The notes under the pieces were generated by a model. The model was not told the origin of the DNA. It made no database searches and saw only the letters and a program-made list of their open reading frames with translations. A program made the position numbers and the translations under genes. Below are positions 6,617 through 12,809 of a stretch of 12,809 nucleotides of DNA, piece after piece (position 1 is the stretch's first letter; every line of letters begins with the position of its first letter). The stretch is from Prasinococcaceae sp. CCMP 1430 (lineage: Eukaryota > Plantae > Prasinodermophyta). Location: contig RQSC01000397.1 in NCBI GenBank assembly GCA_013416795.1, forward strand, positions 81,327-94,135, given 5' to 3'.

Positions 6617-9600
6617 ATGTCAAGGCCGGGTTCGGACCGCCTGCTGGCGTCGAACGCGAGCGTGCCGGTGTCAGCGTCGCGGCTGCGCGTTGACGCGCCG
6701 GTCGCATCGGCGCGGCCGACGACGCCTGCGCTCGGCGCGCGGCCGTCCGCGCCCTCGCATGCCCCCGCCACGGCGTCGCGCTCGCAAACGGCGATGAGCG
6801 GCCGCCCTGCGACAGCGGTCGCGGCCTCGGGCAGCGGCGTGCCCTCGCGCCCGGGAACCGCACCGGTCAGAAGCCGCAAGGACTTCGGCCCGCTGTCGGG
6901 CGCCGAGCGCCTCAAGGAGATCCGCAAGCGCGAGGCCATGGACGCGCAGAAGGCGCGCGCTGAGAGGATCAACCCCGAGGTGAAGGCGGAGCGCCCCGCA
7001 TTCTGGTCGGACGCAATCAGCGGCATGCCCAAGGAGGGCAAGAAACCTCGCAGCCGCAAGCTCGTCGAGTATGAGGCAAAGCTCAAGCGGGAGAAGAAGG
7101 GTCTGCCGCCGCCAGGCGCAACGCGTGCCGCCGCGGGCACGCTCGAGCGTCTCGAGGGCGACATGAAGCTCGCACTCTCGCGCTTCAAGAAGCCCTTCGA
7201 AGGTTCACGCCAGCTGCTCGTGCAGCGCTTCAGGGAGGCGGACTCGGGAGGCAAGGTACACGAGGGCGGCAAACCAACGGGACTTGTGTCCAAAGATGAG
7301 TTCATTGCCGTGTGGGACTCGTTCGAGGTGCATGTGTCGCGCAAGCAGGCCTTGCAGCTCTTCACCAAGTACGGCATGACGCGGGAGGGCAAGCTGCCAT
7401 ACGAGGTCTTCGCGCGCACGCTGACCACCGGCGCGGCCAAGCTGCTCGGTATGAGCAAAATTCGCAAGGGCGCGTACGAGCCCGACGAGTCCACAGACTT
7501 TCGAGGCAAGATCCTCTACCCGCAGTGCAAGAAGGGCGTTTTCGCTCCCACCTCGTGGAAGCCCGAAGATGGCGAGCGCAGCGGCGAGGTGCCGAAGGCC
7601 GACCTGGAGCTCGAGTTCGTGTACGGCTACGCGGGCCTCTCGAACCTCTCCAACAACATCTATTTCACCGACCGACCTGATGAGATCGTCTACTACACGG
7701 CTGGACTGGGAATCGTGTACAACAAGACCAAGCACGAGCAGCGCTACTTCTGCGGCCACGACGATGACATCACCGCACTGGCAATTCACCCCAACCGCCG
7801 CCTCATGGCGAGCGGTCAGCTAGGCAAGTATCCGCTGGTATGCATCTGGGACAATGACAGCTGCGAGGAGGTGGCTGCGCTCGAGCACCCCGACGGCATG
7901 CGTGGCGTTACGTCGTGTTGCTTCAGCGCGGACGGCACCAAGCTCGTGACTGTCTGCGCCGACAACCCTCACACGGTTTTTGTCTGGGACTGGGTGAAGG
8001 GCAAGGTCATCACCACTGCTGGAGGCTTCCAGGGCGAGCCGCCGCAGGTGTACGGTTGCAAGTGGAACCCCTTCCACGTGTCGGAGATGAAGAAAGTCAA
8101 GGGTGCCGACGGCAACGACGGGCTGGTCAAGTCCTTCCCTCCGGAGCGTCAGAACCAGTTCTTTACGTACGGCGTGAACCATCTTAAGCGGTGGGACTGG
8201 AATAGCCAGAAGGGGCTGTACGAGGCCAAGACGCTCTCGTACACCACCGCGCACCGGCCCTTCGACATTTTGTGCCTTGAGGTGCTGCCAAGTGGCGTGC
8301 TGCTCACCGGCGACATCACCGGCTGCATCGCAGAGTGGGTGGGCGGCAAGTGCGTGCGCCGCGTTCCTGCGCACCGCACCTACGTAGACCCGATCTCGGG
8401 GCACTTGCTGCCGAAGCCCGTCGGAGGGGTATCTAGCTCAAAGCCAAAGGCCAAGAGTGCCACCATCGGCAGCAGCGCGGGCTCGAGGGTCGGCCTGCCC
8501 GCCGCGACTCCGCGCGGCGCGACGGCCGGGAGGCCCAAGCCGGTGCCCGTCGACGACCCAGCAGACGACGGCGACGACGTGGACGACCACAGGGTAGTTC
8601 CGCCTCCGCCCGGTGGCTACGGCGGTCTGCGCTGCCTCCGGCTACGCGCAGATCACCAGATCCTGCTCAGTGCCGGTGCAGACGGCACAATCCACCGATG
8701 GGACGTAAGCGGTGGACGGCTCAAGGGATGGAAGCAAATAGCCAATCCGCCCGAGGAGCCGACGTCGTGGAAGCTGCTCAACCCCACGCCCAAGCCGATG
8801 GGCGCGAAGGAGGGCGAGCCCAAGAGCATAAAGGTCACGACGCCGTACAAGCGCGAAGCGCCGCCGCAGTTCAGGGGCCTCGACTGCCGGCCGGGCTCCA
8901 AGTGCTTCGTCGCTGGCACGAACAAATGCGATATCTGGGAGATCGACGACGACCAGCCGACCACTGCGGTGAAGACATTGATCTACGGCCACACCGCCGA
9001 CCTTTACGGGATAGCGTGGCATCCGCTGCGCCCCAACGTGTTCGCCACAGCCTGCGAGAGCGAGCGCGTGTTTGTGTGGGACGCCGAGGCTCGCGAGCTC
9101 CTGCGCACTTGCTCCATCGGCTACAAGGGGCGCAGCTGCGCTTTCTCATCGGATGGCAAGCACCTGGCTGTGGGCACGCGCTCGGGGCGCGTGCGCGTGC
9201 TCGACGCAGAGACGCTGCAGCCACTGTATGGATTCCAAGACCAATTCAGCGCGGTGGACGAGCTGAAGTACTCACCTGATAACAAATTCCTGGCGGTGGC
9301 CGGGCACGACATGTTCATCGACATCTATGCGACGGGCGCCGAGTACGCCCACGTGGCGCGCTGCTCGGGACACTCGGCGACTGTGAGTCACATCGACTGG
9401 AGCGCAGACTCGAGACTCCTGCAGTCGACGGACAACGCGTACGAGATTCTCTATTGGAACCCAAGGACCGGACGGCAGATCCTCGAGAACCAGCGCGACA
9501 CCAACTGGGCGACTTTCACGTGCATCGTCGGCTACAGCGTGATGGGCATCTGGGAGAGCGGCATGGATGGCACCGATATCAACGCGGTCGATCGCTCGTC

Positions 9601-9943
9601 CACCGGCGAGTATCTGGTGGCGAGCGACGATCTCAGCCACGTGCGGCTTCTGAACTACCCATGCGTAGTGGAGGAGGCGCCGGCCAAGGTGTACAATGGC
9701 CACTCGAGTCACGTGACCAACATTCGCTTCAGCTCGGATGACACATGGGTGTGCTCCGTGGGCTCGCGCGACAGAGCGGTCCTGCAGTGGCGCACGCGCG
9801 GCATCAAGCCGGGCGAGGTGCCGCCAGAGGAAAAGGAGGAGGTGGAGGAGGAGAAGGTTTGGGGCGCGCTCGACGAAACGGGCAAGAACTTCGGCTGGGT
9901 GCGGCCGCCGAAACAGCAGCCGTCGGCGCAGAAGGGGGCGTAG
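6617..9943 (+). CDS. EML: Echinoderm microtubule-associated protein-like (EML/EMAP) protein: degenerate EF-hand pair, HELP motif and WD40 tandem beta-propeller (TAPE domain), 1108 aa
   Basis: HELP motif 'PKADLELEFVYGY' (7592-7630), then 'YFCGHDDDITALAIHP', 'SGHSATVSHIDWSADSRLLQS', 'GMDGTDINAVDRS' and 'YNGHSSHVTNIRFSSDDTWVCSVG', all typical of EML WD40 blades. ATG 6617 is preferred; the in-frame upstream starts (TTG 6269, ATG 6422) encode Arg/Gly/Ala low-complexity text that looks like UTR. TAG stop at 9941-9943. Confidence 0.92.
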   Translation: MSRPGSDRLLASNASVPVSASRLRVDAPVASARPTTPALGARPSAPSHAPATASRSQTAMSGRPATAVAASGSGVPSRPGTAPVRSRKDFGPLSGAERLKEIRKREAMDAQKARAERINPEVKAERPAFWSDAISGMPKEGKKPRSRKLVEYEAKLKREKKGLPPPGATRAAAGTLERLEGDMKLALSRFKKPFEGSRQLLVQRFREADSGGKVHEGGKPTGLVSKDEFIAVWDSFEVHVSRKQALQLFTKYGMTREGKLPYEVFARTLTTGAAKLLGMSKIRKGAYEPDESTDFRGKILYPQCKKGVFAPTSWKPEDGERSGEVPKADLELEFVYGYAGLSNLSNNIYFTDRPDEIVYYTAGLGIVYNKTKHEQRYFCGHDDDITALAIHPNRRLMASGQLGKYPLVCIWDNDSCEEVAALEHPDGMRGVTSCCFSADGTKLVTVCADNPHTVFVWDWVKGKVITTAGGFQGEPPQVYGCKWNPFHVSEMKKVKGADGNDGLVKSFPPERQNQFFTYGVNHLKRWDWNSQKGLYEAKTLSYTTAHRPFDILCLEVLPSGVLLTGDITGCIAEWVGGKCVRRVPAHRTYVDPISGHLLPKPVGGVSSSKPKAKSATIGSSAGSRVGLPAATPRGATAGRPKPVPVDDPADDGDDVDDHRVVPPPPGGYGGLRCLRLRADHQILLSAGADGTIHRWDVSGGRLKGWKQIANPPEEPTSWKLLNPTPKPMGAKEGEPKSIKVTTPYKREAPPQFRGLDCRPGSKCFVAGTNKCDIWEIDDDQPTTAVKTLIYGHTADLYGIAWHPLRPNVFATACESERVFVWDAEARELLRTCSIGYKGRSCAFSSDGKHLAVGTRSGRVRVLDAETLQPLYGFQDQFSAVDELKYSPDNKFLAVAGHDMFIDIYATGAEYAHVARCSGHSATVSHIDWSADSRLLQSTDNAYEILYWNPRTGRQILENQRDTNWATFTCIVGYSVMGIWESGMDGTDINAVDRSSTGEYLVASDDLSHVRLLNYPCVVEEAPAKVYNGHSSHVTNIRFSSDDTWVCSVGSRDRAVLQWRTRGIKPGEVPPEEKEEVEEEKVWGALDETGKNFGWVRPPKQQPSAQKGA

Positions 9944-10472
9944 CGGTGCGTGGTTTTCAGCGCCGCGACTTAGTAAGATCGCAGCAGCACATCGCGGACT
10001 ACGGGAGGTCTCGGTGCGAGCGCCCGCGTGCCGTGGGCCCAACCCACAGACGGCCACCTCCTCGCCGCCGCTTGCTCGCCCTTCGCGCCCGGCGCTCGCA
10101 CCCGCACTCGCTCGCGCGCAGAGAGCACCCACCACCACGCACGCAGGCACGCTGTGGATATGGGCGTAGTGGCTGCCCGCACCGCCCCCAGCCCGCGCGA
10201 TGGCAGCGCGCGCGTACGCGTGTGCCTCCGACGCGTCCGCGCGTCGCAGTAGTTACTACTGTACCGTCATAAAAACTCCCCACTCGTCTCGCAATGGCGC
10301 CAGTGCGTGTATTGTGCCAGCCAGTCGCCGATCGATCCTGTTGCCCCGGCGTCGTGAGAAGCCGCGAGCTGTGACGATTGCTGCCCTATGCACAGCGTAT
10401 GCACCACTGGACCTCAAGTCTCTCTGTTGCGCGCGTGGTTGACACGCGCGCACGTGTTGAGAGGCACCTATC

Positions 10473-11243
10473 TCATTTTTGGTCGTCGATGCTGACACCG
10501 GCGCTGGCCGCCAGCTTTACCTTGCCATTTTTGCTTGGGCCGTGCGCCTTGGGCCGCGAGTTGCCCGACGGCCCTTTGGCGGTGCCTGTAGCGCCATTTC
10601 CGGTGGTCACCCTGAGCGCGGCAGCATTGCTGTCAGTGATGACGCTGTCAAATGCGACGGCACCGTCTGTGCGTGAGAGCGAGGCCTCCGCGATGGCCTC
10701 CGCCTGTCGTGCCTCGGCGGCGAGCTTTGCCTCAAGTTCGACTATCGCCATACGACGTGACTCGGCGAGGCTGACGGCTTGGCGGGCGGTGGCGAGCTCT
10801 GAGTCCCTTTGAGCGAGCACTTCCTCCAGCGCTGCGATGCGACGGTCTTTCTCAGCCACCATCTCGCCTGCACGCGCAGCGGCGGCGCTGTCCGAGGACG
10901 AGCGTACGCGCAGCTCGGTGACCTCATCAACGGCTCGCCTCAGCTGCGCCTTGGCGCGCTTCATCGCGACGTCTGCTTGTATCTGCTGTTTGGTCAGATC
11001 CAAAACCTGCTCAGCGAGCGTGCCAGCGGCGATCTGTAGCTCCGTTGTCGTGGCCGCGGTATCCTCTACTGCCGCCCGCGCCTCGTCAAGCTCGGCGCGA
11101 GACCTTTTGAGCTCCTCGGACGCAGCGGATGCCTCAGCGCGCATCGCATCGTACTGCTTGCGCGACTGGCAGAGCTCGTCAGCGTTGTCCTCCGCATCGG
11201 ACTCGAGAGTAGCGATGCGCTCGAGCAGCGCACCGCGCTCCTC
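10473..11243 (-). CDS. Exon 2 of the MFP1-like coiled-coil protein
   Basis: Continues the coiled coil (EERGALLERIATLESDAEDNADELC...) and ends in a Gly/Ser/Lys-rich tail. TGA stop at 10475-10473. Confidence 0.85.
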   Translation of the reverse strand, partial: EERGALLERIATLESDAEDNADELCQSRKQYDAMRAEASAASEELKRSRAELDEARAAVEDTAATTTELQIAAGTLAEQVLDLTKQQIQADVAMKRAKAQLRRAVDEVTELRVRSSSDSAAAARAGEMVAEKDRRIAALEEVLAQRDSELATARQAVSLAESRRMAIVELEAKLAAEARQAEAIAEASLSRTDGAVAFDSVITDSNAAALRVTTGNGATGTAKGPSGNSRPKAHGPSKNGKVKLAASAGVSIDDQK

Positions 11244-11369
11244 CTGTGGGCGCACGTGCGGGCCGGGGTGAGCGCACGAGTGTCAGCAAGGATCGCGGCA
11301 TGGGCGCGCGAGCGCACGCATCGACACGCCAACGTGCGGAGAAGGACTAGTGCGCGCGCGCACACGCAC
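11244..11369 (-). other. Spliceosomal intron, 126 nt, phase 0
   Basis: On the minus strand: donor GCG|GTGCGT (11369), branch-like GCTGAC (11287-11282), C-rich tract and acceptor CACAG|GAG (11244). Removal joins '...VEANMA' to 'EERGALLERIA...' in frame and fuses the track ORFs 11283..12794 and 10473..11255 into one 731-aa protein. Confidence 0.88.
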
Positions 11370-12794
11370 CGCCATGTTGGCCTCCACATCGGTCCTGCGC
11401 TCGATCTCCTCGACGAGTGACTTCACCCTAGATTCGTCTTCATCGCTCGATTCCGACAGTGCGCGAAGCTTCTCCTGCGTCGAGGAGAGCGTGTCGTTTT
11501 GCGTGCGCAGCCAGGCATCCAGAGCCTCAATCTTTGCCCTCAGCTCTTCTTCCGTCTTCTTGGCGCTAGCCTCGCTCTCCTCGGCAGCCGCGAGCGCCTC
11601 GGCGAGTTCCTTGTTGGTTGCCGCGTGCGCAGCGGCCTCCGCTGCGAGTTCCCTTTCACACTTTTCGCGCAGCCTGACCTCAATCGTGAGAGCGGTGGCC
11701 GTGTTGTCGAAAGCGGTCGAGAGTGCCGCCACGCGCTCGCGTGCGTCCGCGAGATCCGCCTCGACGCGCTCGCGTTCCGAGCGCTCCACTACGAGCGATT
11801 CCTCCGTCTTCGCTCGCAGTTCCTCCGTCCTGGACAACAGCGAACGCGTCTCCGAGAGCGAGGCCCGTGTCTCGGACAGTGTGTCCTTCTTCTTCGCCAG
11901 CGCCTCAACCGACGTGGACAGCGCCACCTCCGTCTTGGACAAGAACGACTCCATGTCGGCCAACGCAGCTTTCGCGTCGTCCAACTCGACCTCCAGATCG
12001 TCGTTCCTGGCGTTCATGGCGGCGAGGTCAGCCGACAGCGTCTCATTGGCCGAGCGCAACGCGGCACAGTCGGCTGAGAGCACTCCCGCGCGTGCTACGG
12101 CATCTTCGAGCTCCGAGGCGGTCCTCTGGAGCTCGGCCACGGTGTCTCGGAGGCGGGCCTTCGTGTGGGCGGCATCATCCTCGGCTTTGAGCGCGCGCGT
12201 GATCTCAGTCGCCAGGTTGTCAGAGGTCACGTCAAGGTTTGCCTGCATCGTCTCCGTCACCCTCTCCGCTCGCTTATTTCTCTTCTCACTCTCACCAAGC
12301 AAAGCGGCAGCGAGCACGGCCGCCGCGGCGGCGGAGCCGATGACAAACTTGTTCGGGCCTTCGCCGATGCCAACGCCGGTGTTGGCCGCGGCCGCCGCCT
12401 CGCGCCTGACTCCCTCGGCACCTTTCGGCTCGCCGCGCGGACGCCTGTTGTCGCCGTCTTGTGTGTCGTCGTCGGACGCCGACACCTTGGGCACGCCGGC
12501 GTCCGATGGCGGCCCTTTCGTCTGGGCAATGGCCGTCGCTCCGGCGGGCTGCCGCGGGGCCACCTTCGAGCTCGCGAGCGCCCTCTCCTTGGCCTCGCGC
12601 GCCTTGCGTGCGGCTGCCAGGCGCTCCACAGCAGCGCTGATGTTCTCCGATTCCGCCGTGTCTGCGACACTCCGCCCGGCATCTGTGCGCGTCGCCACCG
12701 CCGCGCGCGCGTCCTCGCCTCCCCCCGAGGGCGCGAGCGCGCCGAACAGCGCCGCGCCAAATCCAAGCAGCGCGTCCCGTCGCGAGGCGCGCAT
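11370..12794 (-). CDS. Exon 1 of a long coiled-coil protein with a twin-arginine-like motif and one TM segment (MFP1-like architecture)
   Basis: ATG at 12794 gives 'MRASRRDALLGFGAALFGALAP...ARAA', a hydrophobic stretch 'FVIGSAAAAAVLAAALLG' (~12347-12294), then continuous E/A/L/K heptad-rich sequence. The exon ends after codon GCG at 11370 (475 codons, phase 0) at a GTGCGT donor. The 5' end lies close to the window edge. Confidence 0.8.
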
Positions 12795-12809
12795 TCAGAT
12801 TTTGTAGCA

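Noticed and set aside
11350-12807. 485-aa plus-strand ORF antisense to the coiled-coil gene, and similar long ORFs such as 6292..7509 (-), 3224..4096 (+) and 60..932 (+)
   Set aside because: These are shadow frames of high-GC coding sequence with Ser/Ala/Arg-rich, motif-free translations overlapping well-supported genes.
1-12809. CRISPR array, transposase, integrase or introner-type repeated introns
   Set aside because: There is no regularly spaced repeat-spacer array and no mobile-element protein motif, and only one supported intron, which has no repeat partner in the window.

Overview
Very GC-rich, compact, intron-poor eukaryotic nuclear DNA, most consistent with a prasinophyte-grade green alga (inference from gene content, GC level and the GTGCGT..CTGAC..CAG intron style; species not determined). 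Four protein-coding genes are arranged + / - / + / -. (1) 205..3291 (+) is an uncharacterised green-lineage membrane protein with an ENaC/ASIC-like pre-TM motif and a long disordered tail. (2) 5397..3454 (-) is MKS1, the B9-domain ciliary transition-zone protein. (3) 6617..9943 (+) is an EML/EMAP-family HELP+WD40 protein with an N-terminal degenerate EF-hand pair. (4) 12794..10473 (-) is a two-exon long coiled-coil protein with the architecture of the plant thylakoid protein MFP1. MKS1 and EML are head-to-head across a 1.2 kb region containing a one-base assembly gap, an A18 tract with a possible target-site duplication, several direct repeats, (CG)n tracts and a 20-bp palindrome. Most other ORFs in the track are GC-rich shadow frames. 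I find no CRISPR array, RNA gene or coding mobile element, and no clearly new multi-gene system. The best leads are listed as findings.
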